Positions 8,966 to 17,868 of a stretch of 64,000 nt of DNA are shown piece by piece. The number at the start of each line of letters is the position of its first letter. Position 1 is the stretch's first letter. The stretch is from Candidatus Tayloriibacteriota bacterium (lineage in GTDB: Bacteria; Patescibacteriota; Minisyncoccia; Phycocordibacterales; PALSA-1337). The DNA lies in assembly GCA_943354385.1 (NCBI GenBank), contig CALRBR010000001.1:2942-66941 (forward strand). The letters are read 5' to 3'. The notes under the pieces were generated by a model. The model did no database searches. It saw nothing but the letters and a program-made list of their open reading frames with translations, and was not told where the DNA came from. The position numbers and the translations under genes were made by a program.

Positions 8966-10267
8966 ATGCCCCACCTTAACCTAGAAAAAATCAAAAAAAT
9001 CTACTTCATCGGTATCGGCGGTATCGGTGTGTCTGCTATTGCTCGCATGATGGCACTTTCTGGAAAGGAAGTCAGTGGCTCAGATATGAGTCTCTCAGAG
9101 GTCACGCACGAGCTCACACAGTTCGGCATACATATAGACCACGGCCAGTCGATAGACCTCATACCAAAAGATACCGAGCTCGTGATCTATACTATCGCTG
9201 TGGCAACCTTTGATCCAAAGCTCATCGAAGCGATCGACGCTCGAGGTATTCCACGGAAAACCTATCCAGAAATGCTTGGTATTATTTCTGCTGACAGCTT
9301 CACTATCGCTATTTCCGGTACTCATGGAAAGACGACGACCACCGCTATGACAGCAAAGGTTTTTCTCGATGCAGGTCTCGATCCCACAGTCATTGTTGGC
9401 TCATTTTTGAAAGATCAAAAGAGTAATTTTATTGCCGGCAAAAGTAAATATTTCATCGTCGAAGCCTGCGAATATCGTCGCTCGTTTTTAAATCTCACTC
9501 CCACTATTTTAGTCATCACAAATATCGACAATGACCACCTCGACTATTACAAAGACATGGCGGATGTTCAGAGCGCGTTTGCAGAATTGATTGCAAAAAT
9601 CCCTCCGCACGGCGCGGTTATCTGTAATCCAAATGATCCAACTGTCGCTCCCGTCATTAAAAATGCGTCGTGTAAGATTATTGACTACACAGGTTATTTA
9701 TATCCAAACATCACCCTCAAAGTGCCCGGTATGCACAACAGAAAGAATGCTGGAGCTGTATCTGCGATAGCTGATTTGACCGGCATATCAGAGCGAGTTA
9801 CCAAAGCCTCGTTAGAAGCTTTTACTGGCACATGGAGACGGTTTGAGTACAAAGGTACTCTCAGCTCTGGGGCCATTGTCTACGACGATTATGGCCATCA
9901 TCCAACCGAGATAGAGGCTACTTTGGCAGGTACCAGGGAGCTCTTTAAAAAGGAGCGGATTATATTGGTTTTCCAGCCTCACTTATATAGTCGCACCAAA
10001 GACCACTTGGCTCATTTTGGCAAAAGTTTTAAAGAGGCGGATATGGTAATTATTCCTCCTATATATCCTGCTCGAGAAGTATTTGACCCAAGCATCACCT
10101 CAGAAATGGTAATGGAAGAAATAAATAAAAATGGAGGTAATGCGAAAGCTGTCGCAACTTTTGATGAAGTGATCACTCTACTCAAAAAAGAGGCAAAAAG
10201 TGGCGACGTGATTATGACTATGGGCGCGGGAGATGTGTATACGATAGGCGAAGCACTTTTGAAATAA
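8966..10267 (+). CDS. murC: UDP-N-acetylmuramate--L-alanine ligase
   Basis: IYFIGIGGIGVSAIARMMALSGKEVSGSD and a GTHGKTTTTAM P-loop. The start is moved to the ATG at 8966, because ORF 8897 begins inside the tRNA-trailer repeat. Confidence 0.85.
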   Translation: MPHLNLEKIKKIYFIGIGGIGVSAIARMMALSGKEVSGSDMSLSEVTHELTQFGIHIDHGQSIDLIPKDTELVIYTIAVATFDPKLIEAIDARGIPRKTYPEMLGIISADSFTIAISGTHGKTTTTAMTAKVFLDAGLDPTVIVGSFLKDQKSNFIAGKSKYFIVEACEYRRSFLNLTPTILVITNIDNDHLDYYKDMADVQSAFAELIAKIPPHGAVICNPNDPTVAPVIKNASCKIIDYTGYLYPNITLKVPGMHNRKNAGAVSAIADLTGISERVTKASLEAFTGTWRRFEYKGTLSSGAIVYDDYGHHPTEIEATLAGTRELFKKERIILVFQPHLYSRTKDHLAHFGKSFKEADMVIIPPIYPAREVFDPSITSEMVMEEINKNGGNAKAVATFDEVITLLKKEAKSGDVIMTMGAGDVYTIGEALLK

Positions 10268-10272
10268 ATTAT

Positions 10273-10962
10273 ATGGCTACTTTATACATCGTCGCAACAC
10301 CAATAGGTAATCTCAAAGATATCACTTTTCGCGCGGTGGAAATTTTAAAATCTGTTGATTGTATTTTATGTGAAGATACGCGCACGACAAAAGTGCTACT
10401 CAACGCATATGACATCCGTGTGCCGACCATGAGCTATCATGCGCAGAGCGCATTGTCTCGAACCGAGGAAATAATTCAAATGCTCAAGGAGGGTAAAAAT
10501 CTAGCTCTCGTGTCAGATGCGGGTACTCCGTGCATTTCTGACCCCGGTTCAGCACTACTTTCTCTGGTGCGAAAAGAATGTAATGAGGAAGAAGTTACTA
10601 TTGTACCTATTCCTGGAGCTTCAGCTTTCGTTACATTACTTTCAGCCGGAGGTCTAGACACTAGTGAGTTTGTCTTTCTTGGGTTTCTTCCACACAAAAA
10701 GGGTAGGAAGACTCTGTTTAAAGAAATCGCTGTTGCGCCTCGAACGGTGGTCTTTTATGAATCTCCACATCGTATTTTAAAAACACTAGCCTCGCTTGCG
10801 GAGGTTCTCATAGACAGTCCTCGAAAAGTTTTGATCGGTAGGGAGCTGACAAAAATGTTTGAGCAGATTATTTCAGGTACAGCATCAGAAATGATTACTT
10901 ATTTTGAAGAAAACTCAGATAAAGTACGCGGTGAGTTTGTAGTCGCTGTCGAGGCCATGTAG
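10273..10962 (+). CDS. rsmI: 16S rRNA (cytidine1402-2'-O)-methyltransferase
   Basis: LYIVATPIGNLKDITFRAVEILKSVDCILCEDTRTTKVLL matches the RsmI N-terminus. Confidence 0.85.
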   Translation: MATLYIVATPIGNLKDITFRAVEILKSVDCILCEDTRTTKVLLNAYDIRVPTMSYHAQSALSRTEEIIQMLKEGKNLALVSDAGTPCISDPGSALLSLVRKECNEEEVTIVPIPGASAFVTLLSAGGLDTSEFVFLGFLPHKKGRKTLFKEIAVAPRTVVFYESPHRILKTLASLAEVLIDSPRKVLIGRELTKMFEQIISGTASEMITYFEENSDKVRGEFVVAVEAM

Positions 10963-11283
10963 GTGCTATACTGTGTTCTGGAGCACCACATGAATATCCA
11001 GAAGGGAACTATAGAACGACTTCTTCTGAACAAGTGGTACGCTTTCGCTTTGCATTACGTGCATGATTTGCCCACCTCTACGGTGGCAGAGAGGTATCGA
11101 AAAGATAACTTTTTGATCTGTATCATTTCCGGATCACTTGCAAAGGATACAGAAGTAGATACACGCGTGGCAATACAAGCGGCGTATTTTTTGTCTGAAG
11201 TCGAGTCTGACAGCCGATTGAGAAAGAGGACGTATTTGGACGGACCGATAGCGACAAAGCGTATCAAACACCATCTTTTTTAA
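10963..11283 (+). CDS. hypothetical protein (GTG start abutting the rsmI stop); weak call
   Basis: 106-aa ORF with no recognisable motif. It may start at ATG 10990. Confidence 0.25.
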   Translation: MLYCVLEHHMNIQKGTIERLLLNKWYAFALHYVHDLPTSTVAERYRKDNFLICIISGSLAKDTEVDTRVAIQAAYFLSEVESDSRLRKRTYLDGPIATKRIKHHLF

Positions 11284-11358
11284 TCACTGCAATGAAGCTA
11301 GCACTCTCGTCATGAGAGTTTTTATTTTAGATTTAGAGCCAATGGTGATTTTTACAAA

Positions 11359-11643
11359 TTGTATTGTATACTATATGACATAGTAATAACTTCAATATAT
11401 TTTATGACAAGACAACAGACTCTCGGAATAATCGGTGTTTGGATGATTCTACTTCCTCTTTTGGGCATACCAAATGCATGGAAACTTAATTTGATGGTGC
11501 TAACTGGTGTAGTCGTCCTTGTTTTATACTGGCACATGAGAAGAGAATCTCAGTCAGTACCTAGTGTGAGTAAAAATGTGCACGGGCCAGACTTTATAGA
11601 AAACGTAGCTGTAGAAAAAAAGGAAGAAGTGACCGCGCAATAA
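11359..11643 (+). CDS. hypothetical small membrane protein
   Basis: 94 aa with two hydrophobic helices. Confidence 0.3.
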   Translation: MYCILYDIVITSIYFMTRQQTLGIIGVWMILLPLLGIPNAWKLNLMVLTGVVVLVLYWHMRRESQSVPSVSKNVHGPDFIENVAVEKKEEVTAQ

Positions 11644-11660
11644 TTTTTGATCATTACTAA

Positions 11661-12857
11661 ATGGTATTTATACAGAAACAAAAGCGAGATTTGTACACAA
11701 AGGGATCGATCACTTTTTTTTTGTTGTGTTTGGTAGGTATTTTGTTTGTGGGGTTTATTATTTTCTCCTATATTGGTGGCCCAGAGATTTTTTCGTATCA
11801 TTACAGGTCATCAACGAATGTACCTATCATTTTGCCTGAAGAACCAGCTGTGCAGAAACGTGTTGTTAAATACGTACCCACGCCACACGCAGTAAAGGGT
11901 ATATATATGACTGGTTGGGTGGCGGGTAGTAAAAAGTTGCGACAGCCACTGATTGATATTATAGATACAACAGAGATAAACTCAGTAGTGATGGACATCA
12001 AGGACTACACCGGCCGTATTTCTTTTGTAATGCAAGACGATATGGTAAAAAGCCTCGGTGCTTCAGAAAGACGTATCACAGACATAGAAGAGCTGATTGA
12101 TTCATTACATGCAAAGGGGGTATATGTGATCGGACGCATCTCCTCCTTTCAGGATGCGTATTTGGTAGTAAAAAGACCAGAGCTTGCAGTTCGTCGTAAA
12201 AGTGACAATGGGGTCTGGAAGGATTCCAAAGGCATCAGCTGGCTCGATCCTGGTTCGAAAGAGGTCTGGGATTATCTGATAGGAATTGGTGAAGAGGCTT
12301 ATAAGGTTGGTTTTGATGAACTCAATTTTGACTATATTCGTTTTCCATCTGACGGTAACATGAAGGATATTACATACCCACACAGTAACGGCAAATCGAA
12401 ACCGCAGGTGATAAAAGAATTTGGTGCGTATGTGATGGAAAAATTGGGTGGTACGGGAGCGGTACTCTCAGCGGATCTTTTTGGAATGACTACGACAAAT
12501 AAAGATGATTTGAATATTGGCCAGGTACTAGAAAACGCACTGCCGTATTTTGATTATGTAGCGCCGATGGTGTACCCATCTCATTATCCTACAGGCTTTA
12601 ACAATATTAAAAATCCTGCAACAAAACCATACGAGGTGATTAAATATTCGATGGACAAAGCGGTGGCAAGAGCGATAACGGCAAGCACTAGTCCACTCAA
12701 GCTCCGTCCTTGGCTACAGGATTTTAGTCTAGGTGCTGTGTATACTCCGGAAATGGTAAGGGCTCAAATACAGGCCACATATGACGCAGGGTTGACGAGC
12801 TGGATGCTTTGGAATGCTTCAAATCGGTATACCGTGGGGGCTTTGGAGAAGGAATAG
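11661..12857 (+). CDS. predicted TIM-barrel glycoside-hydrolase-like protein (GHL/DUF4015-like), membrane anchored
   Basis: N-terminal TM helix, then GIYMTGWVAGS...VMDIKDYTGRISF, which resembles the putative glycosyl-hydrolase-like family. The family assignment is from memory. Confidence 0.4.
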   Translation: MVFIQKQKRDLYTKGSITFFLLCLVGILFVGFIIFSYIGGPEIFSYHYRSSTNVPIILPEEPAVQKRVVKYVPTPHAVKGIYMTGWVAGSKKLRQPLIDIIDTTEINSVVMDIKDYTGRISFVMQDDMVKSLGASERRITDIEELIDSLHAKGVYVIGRISSFQDAYLVVKRPELAVRRKSDNGVWKDSKGISWLDPGSKEVWDYLIGIGEEAYKVGFDELNFDYIRFPSDGNMKDITYPHSNGKSKPQVIKEFGAYVMEKLGGTGAVLSADLFGMTTTNKDDLNIGQVLENALPYFDYVAPMVYPSHYPTGFNNIKNPATKPYEVIKYSMDKAVARAITASTSPLKLRPWLQDFSLGAVYTPEMVRAQIQATYDAGLTSWMLWNASNRYTVGALEKE

Positions 12858-12919
12858 AAAACTCTCATTTTAAAAAAGAGCAAATTATCATAAAATCACC
12901 AATATAGCCTCGAGCAGAG

Positions 12920-13047
12920 GCCTGTTTTGGCGGAAAGGCTCAACGGGCGAAGGCGAGGAAGATGTCGAGTTTAGTAAAACTCGCTACAAGCACGGTACGC
13001 CTTTGAGCTTATACCTCCCCGAAAATCTACCGATTTTCGGGGAGGTA
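12920..13047. repeat. composite repeat (GGCTCAACGG module, TTAGTAAAACTCGCTACA module, CCCCGAAAATC-N6-GATTTTCGGGG hairpin)
   Basis: The same modules occur at 31181-31321 and 45505-45626. The hairpin alone occurs at 22491-22526. Confidence 0.75.
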
Positions 13048-13135
13048 TTCCTATTCCCAAACCTTGTAAAACCATACTTTGTATATCAGTGCTAATAGGT
13101 CTTGGTTTTTCTTATTTTTATGCTATAATCACCCC

Positions 13136-13396
13136 ATGAATCCAGAAGATAAAGTTTTGTTACGGGAAGTACTTGAAATCTCAAAGGATAATCAAAATAT
13201 GCTCGAAAAGCTTCAGCGGAGTAACCGCTGGGCGGTCTTTTTTAAGATTGTGTACTGGACATTTATTATTATTGCTGCGGGTGGAGCGTACTATGCCATT
13301 AAGCCGTATACGGACCAGCTCGGCGATACATATACTGGATTCAAAACAGAACTTGAAGGGGTGCATACTGTCACGAATAAGATTTTAGGTCGGTAG
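13136..13396 (+). CDS. hypothetical small membrane protein
   Basis: 86 aa from ATG 13136 (MNPEDKVLL) with one TM helix (VFFKIVYWTFIIIAAGGAYYAI). Confidence 0.35.
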   Translation: MNPEDKVLLREVLEISKDNQNMLEKLQRSNRWAVFFKIVYWTFIIIAAGGAYYAIKPYTDQLGDTYTGFKTELEGVHTVTNKILGR

Positions 13397-13412
13397 TTTG
13401 GAAAATAATTTA

Positions 13413-13485
13413 GCCAAGATAGCTCAGTTGGTAGAGCATTCCCCTGAAGAGGGAAGGGTCCCCAGTTCGAACCTGGGTCTTGGCA
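13413..13485 (+). tRNA. tRNA-Phe(GAA)
   Basis: Acceptor GCCAAGA/TCTTGGC, D-arm GCTCAGTTGGTAGAGC, anticodon loop CTGAAGA, T-arm CCCAG-TTCGAAC-CTGGG. Confidence 0.85.
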
Positions 13486-13620
13486 CAGAAACGAACGCAG
13501 TGAGTCTGTGATAAGATCTAGGTTCGAACGTTGGAAAGGGGTCGGGAAAACCCTAGTTTTCCCGTGGAGGAAAACAACGAGTACTCGAGTGTTAGAAACC
13601 GTTGGTTTCTAAAGCATAGA
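13486..13620 (+). repeat. tRNA-trailer composite element C (core 13534-13613)
   Basis: ggaaaggggtcgggaaaaccctagttttcccgtggaggaaaacaacgagtactcgagtgttagaaaccgttggtttctaaag. A degenerate tRNA 3'-end-like stretch is at 13664-13690. Confidence 0.7.
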
Positions 13621-13622
13621 TA

Positions 13623-13658
13623 CTAAAAAGAAAAGGCTATGTAGCCTTTTCTTTTTAG
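13623..13658. terminator. bidirectional terminator hairpin between tRNA-Phe(+) and hsp20(-)
   Basis: ctaaaaagaaaaggctat/gtagccttttctttttag perfect inverted repeat flanked by A/T runs on both sides. Confidence 0.7.
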
Positions 13659-13697
13659 TATTGAGCAGTTCGATCTTGTTTTGGCGCCCGGTTTACC

Positions 13698-14156
13698 CTA
13701 CAAATTCGACTTCACCCGCACCTTTGTCTGTCTCCCCTTATCCACTTTAGTAAGTTTTAAAATAAGCAGCCCGTGCTTTTCTACAGCCTCGGCCGTGTCT
13801 ATTTCAACCTCCTGAGGTAGTGTAATAGTTCTAGAAAATGATCCCCAATAAAGCTCACGATAAAAGAAATCCTCATCTTTGACACTTCGCTCCTCCTCAC
13901 GCTTGCCACGAATAGTCACCATATCTCTGGTGATAGAAATATCAAGGTCTTCTGGACGTACTCCAGCGACCATCGTTTTTAATATGATTTTGTCAGCTGT
14001 CTGGTGTACATCTACAGTGAGTTCCCCCTCTTTTTCCTCCTCTAGCCAGTTGCCAGTTTGATTCTCAACTGCTATTTCAACCGCATCAGCAGTGTCCTCA
14101 TCGAGTCTGATGGTACCTGTTAATCTTTCAAAAAAAGATTTTTTTGTTTTTGACAT
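13698..14156 (-). CDS. Hsp20/alpha-crystallin family small heat-shock protein
   Basis: 152 aa. The alpha-crystallin domain fits: ELTVDVHQT...ILKTMVAGVRPEDLDISI...WGSFSRTITLPQEVEIDTAEAV. Confidence 0.8.
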   Translation of the reverse strand: MSKTKKSFFERLTGTIRLDEDTADAVEIAVENQTGNWLEEEKEGELTVDVHQTADKIILKTMVAGVRPEDLDISITRDMVTIRGKREEERSVKDEDFFYRELYWGSFSRTITLPQEVEIDTAEAVEKHGLLILKLTKVDKGRQTKVRVKSNL

Positions 14157-14172
14157 AATTGCAAATAAATAA

Positions 14173-14898
14173 TTAGATTGTAGTCGCTAAAGGCTTCGGT
14201 GAATCAATCGATCGTGCTTTTTCAAAAAATAGCAAGAGAAAGATAACACCAACCCATACTGAGGCGAATACTTTAAATGTATCCATCCCACTCGACTCTA
14301 TTATAAATAAATTAAAGGCGGTATGCAATGTGGTGGCAAGGATAACTCCACAAAAAACACTAAACTTTTTGAGCCACTTGCTCTTGTAGAAAGTTAGCGC
14401 GATACAAAAACCGATCGATGCTGAAGCAATCACATGAAGTAGCGTAGCTCCGATAAAACGCATATTTCCACTAATAAACGCTTGTATCGCATCACCAGTT
14501 TCAATGGGCTTTAGTATAAAAAAAGCATTTTCCATTGCTGCAAAACCAAGCGCCGCAGTGATGAGATAGATCATGGCATCCACAGGCTCATCGAGGAAGC
14601 GACTTCGTAAGGCAATAAAATATACCACAAGAAGTTTGATGATTTCTTCAATTCCTGCCCAGATCGTATATTTTAAGGAGACAGCATAGGGAATGGTGGA
14701 TCCGTCGAGCAGATTTAGTGTCCATTTTTGTAATGGCAAAACTAGTGCGACCGAAATCATGCCCCCGATAAAAGCGAGAAAAATGAGGAGCCGTGGTTCA
14801 GGGTGAAGATTATCTTCTTTAAGCCAAAACCAAAGCCAAAGGAGGGCGGGTAAAATACCGGCTATTAAAGCATAAATAAAAGCTGTGTAAGTATCCAT
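14173..14898 (-). CDS. PrsW-family intramembrane protease-like protein
   Basis: Polytopic membrane protein with EEIIK (EExxK), FAAME (FxxxE) and HTAFN (HxxxN) motifs. Confidence 0.6.
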   Translation of the reverse strand: MDTYTAFIYALIAGILPALLWLWFWLKEDNLHPEPRLLIFLAFIGGMISVALVLPLQKWTLNLLDGSTIPYAVSLKYTIWAGIEEIIKLLVVYFIALRSRFLDEPVDAMIYLITAALGFAAMENAFFILKPIETGDAIQAFISGNMRFIGATLLHVIASASIGFCIALTFYKSKWLKKFSVFCGVILATTLHTAFNLFIIESSGMDTFKVFASVWVGVIFLLLFFEKARSIDSPKPLATTI

Positions 14899-15024
14899 GA
14901 AGATAGTATACCCCGAATTTAGATTTTTGTAGAAATCTTTTCTCTACGGTATTTGCTGCACAGCTCTTGATTCTGGAATCTTATTTATTACTTGTCCCGC
15001 CGTAGCTTTAGTGATGGGGAAAAT

Positions 15025-17226
15025 CTACCTTATAATAGGCCACTTTTCTACCATGAGTAATTTTTGGTCGGTATTGTGGGGGAGAGTCAGCCAGATTTCT
15101 TCGGTCACAAAAGGGATGAATGGATGGAGAGTTTTGAGCACAATATGGAGAGTGTGGAGAAGAAACTGTGCTCGAGATTTTTTCTCAGCATCAGTACCTT
15201 TACCTTCGGCGACACCAGGAGTGCCTAGTAGTGGTTTACTTTCCTCGAGGATTTTGTCGGCGAGTGTGTGCCAAACATAGTGATAGAGTTTTTCACTCAC
15301 TAGGTAGAGTTTATATTCTTCCATTTCTTGGGTAATATCGACGATAAGTGCATCTCGCTCGGCCGTCAGTGTCTTATCGGTTTCAGTCCATTTGGAAAAG
15401 TCTGGATCAAATGAGTGTCCCTCAGTACTTGTGAGAATAAATCTTGTGATGTTCCAGAGCTTGTTGGCAAAGTTTTTATAGCCTTTGATTTTATTTTCAT
15501 CAAAGTTTATATCATTCCCAATAGCGGTACCTGTCAAAAGACCCATGCGCAATGCGTCAGCACCATATTTAGAAATCATATCGATTGGGTCGATACCGTT
15601 GTTTAGAGATTTGCTAAATTTCTGCCCATTTTTTGCTCGCACGAGGCCGTGAATCATAACTGTGCGAAAGGGGACTTGACCAAGATGGAAACCGCTCATC
15701 ATAATCATGCGCGACACCCACAAATTCAAAATCTCATACGCCGGTGACATAAAAGAGGTCGGGTGAAGTGTCTGCAAATCCTTGGTTTTTTCAGGCCAGC
15801 CCATGGTCGAAAATGTCCACAACCCAGATGAAAACCAGGTGTCTAGCACGTCTGCTTCCTGTACCCAGCCGACACCTTTTGGCGATTCCAATCCTACATA
15901 TATTTTAGAGTCTCGGTACCACACAGGAATACGATGTCCAAACCAGATTTGTCGAGAAATACACCAATCGTGGAGGTTTTCGATCCAGTGGAAATAGGCT
16001 TTTTGAAAACCTTCTTGCGGTATGCTTATTTCGCCACTGGCTACTGCGGTGCGCATAATTTCTTTTAGCGTCGTTTGGGAGCCACTCGCAATGCCGGGGA
16101 TTTCTGAGTGGGGAATGGCAAAGGATTTATTTACGGCCACCCACCACTGTTTCATAATTTGTGGTTCAATAGTAGCGCCAGTTCTTTCGGCCGTAGCGAT
16201 GTTGTGGGTATAGTCCTCTTCTTTTACCACCAAACCTTTGGCTCGGAGTTTTTCGACAATTTTTGGTCGCGCGTCGGTGATTTTTGTCCCTGCAAATTCT
16301 CCGGCGATCGCCAAAAGTTTTCCATATTTGTCGATGATCTGCTCTCTTTGTAGTTTATGTCTCTCGGCGATTTCAAAGTCTACTGCACTATGCCATGGGG
16401 TAATAGTCATGACGCCGGTACCAAATTCCATATCAATCGCAGTGTCCTTGATAACAGTCGCAATCAGTGGACCGTTGATCCATTCGATCTCTATTTTCTG
16501 ACCATGTTTGTATTCAGCATATCGAGCGTCGTCCGGATACATCACCACATATTTATCACCAAATTTGGTTTCTGGCCGAGCGGTCCCGATAGTAAAAGGT
16601 CCATATTTTAAATAATAAAATTTAGTCTTTTCTTCTTTGTATTCTATTTCGTCATCGGAAATAGTCGTCTGACCTTTTGGATCCCAGTTTACGATGCGAT
16701 CGCCCTGGTAAATGAGCCCGGCTTTGTACATGTTTACAAACGCAGTGGTCACGGCTTTGGTGCGAGTTTCATCGAGTGTATAGGCATAGCGAGACCAGTC
16801 GAGAGATGACCCCATCTTTCGTACCTGGCTTAAAATAGTGTTTTCGCTTTCTTTGGCAAATTTTTCTATACGTTTGACCAGCTCCTCCCGACCAAGATCG
16901 TGGCGACTTTTACCTTCTTCTTTTTGAATGTTTTTTTCAACACGAGCTTGGGTGGCGATGGCGGCTGAGTCGGTGCCAGGAATCCAAAGTGATTTTTTTC
17001 CACGCATGCGTTGAAAACGGATTACCGCGTCCTGAAGTGAGTCCTCGTAGGCGTGGCCGAGATGAAGTATGCCGGTCACATTTGGAGGGGGGAGGACGAC
17101 AGTGAAATGTTCGGTGGGTTTCCCAGGTAGATTGTCTGGATTAAAAAAACCACTTTCTTCCCAGAGCTTGTAGATTTTGTCCTCGGTTTCTTGAGGGTTA
17201 TATGGCTTGAGAAATTTGTCGTGCAT
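15025..17226 (-). CDS. valS: valine--tRNA ligase (short form, no C-terminal coiled coil)
   Basis: PPPNVTGILHLGHA (HIGH motif) and GQKFSKSLNN (KMSKS motif), with a ValS-type editing domain. Confidence 0.9.
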   Translation of the reverse strand: MHDKFLKPYNPQETEDKIYKLWEESGFFNPDNLPGKPTEHFTVVLPPPNVTGILHLGHAYEDSLQDAVIRFQRMRGKKSLWIPGTDSAAIATQARVEKNIQKEEGKSRHDLGREELVKRIEKFAKESENTILSQVRKMGSSLDWSRYAYTLDETRTKAVTTAFVNMYKAGLIYQGDRIVNWDPKGQTTISDDEIEYKEEKTKFYYLKYGPFTIGTARPETKFGDKYVVMYPDDARYAEYKHGQKIEIEWINGPLIATVIKDTAIDMEFGTGVMTITPWHSAVDFEIAERHKLQREQIIDKYGKLLAIAGEFAGTKITDARPKIVEKLRAKGLVVKEEDYTHNIATAERTGATIEPQIMKQWWVAVNKSFAIPHSEIPGIASGSQTTLKEIMRTAVASGEISIPQEGFQKAYFHWIENLHDWCISRQIWFGHRIPVWYRDSKIYVGLESPKGVGWVQEADVLDTWFSSGLWTFSTMGWPEKTKDLQTLHPTSFMSPAYEILNLWVSRMIMMSGFHLGQVPFRTVMIHGLVRAKNGQKFSKSLNNGIDPIDMISKYGADALRMGLLTGTAIGNDINFDENKIKGYKNFANKLWNITRFILTSTEGHSFDPDFSKWTETDKTLTAERDALIVDITQEMEEYKLYLVSEKLYHYVWHTLADKILEESKPLLGTPGVAEGKGTDAEKKSRAQFLLHTLHIVLKTLHPFIPFVTEEIWLTLPHNTDQKLLMVEKWPIIR

Positions 17227-17269
17227 GGGTTGTATAGTAGCAAAATAGAGTGGTTTTTGAAAGCCTCAG

Positions 17270-17400
17270 ATTTATAAGGAGCGGATCGACTATATAAATC
17301 GAGAACACCGAGGTATTTCCCTCGGTGCCGGTCAATAGAGCAAAGCAACCTTATTTCTTTCTTCTCCGTATGAGTCAAGACGATACCCTTTTTAAAGCAA
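17270..17400. repeat. repeat family C copy (GATTTATAAGGAGCGGATCGACTATATAAATCGAG plus GGTCAATAGAGCAAAGCAACCT)
   Basis: Homologous copies at 26875-27020 (+) and 31325-31490 (-). Confidence 0.7.
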
Positions 17401-17499
17401 TTAGGACAATTTTTAAAAATAAAAAGGTGTAAAAGTAATTCAGGCCCACCTCGCAAATTGCTTGGTGGGCCTGTATAGGGGAGGGATGGTCCAAGAATT

Positions 17500-17770
17500 G
17501 AACTGTGACGGACAAGATTGGTCTCGTGCCGTTCCGTTTTTCACTAGCTAGTGTTGCGGTCCCAGACCTCGTGCCTTGGGCATTTCGGTGGGATTTGTCT
17601 TCGTTGCCAATGACGCTGCCACACCTGAGTCAACACGTTTTTGTCTGTGTGTCCCTTCGAAGCTCTAGACCAGTTGCGAGCACTACTGTGTCGCGTTCGG
17701 TAGCTCCTACAGTGGGGCGTATGACCAATTGCCAATGAAGGGTGTGTTTTCCGGATACCCAAGAATTTCT
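17500..17770. other. GC-rich (~52%) non-coding stretch, candidate structured ncRNA of unknown class
   Basis: Overlapping short ORFs on both strands, which is typical of GC-rich noncoding DNA. Many local stems, and a direct repeat TATCCGGAA x2 on the - strand. Confidence 0.3.
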
Positions 17771-17868
17771 TAAACCATCCCCAAAAGTACTTCCGGATAC
17801 ACTATAGCATACCTTGGAAAAAAACCAAGCGTTTTGCTAGAAGGCATCAAAATACACTTGTTACAGCC

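Noticed and set aside
17500-17860. Possible RNase P RNA, tmRNA or SRP RNA in the GC-rich valS-tsaD spacer. The GAAGCTCTAGACCAG at 17671 superficially resembles the RNase P 5' end.
   Set aside because: The universally conserved blocks are absent on both strands: GGAAAGUCCGG and AGGGUGAAA for RNase P, the 3' tRNA-like UCCACCA end for tmRNA, and GGAAGCAGC for SRP. The remaining length is also too short. It is kept only as an unclassified ncRNA candidate.
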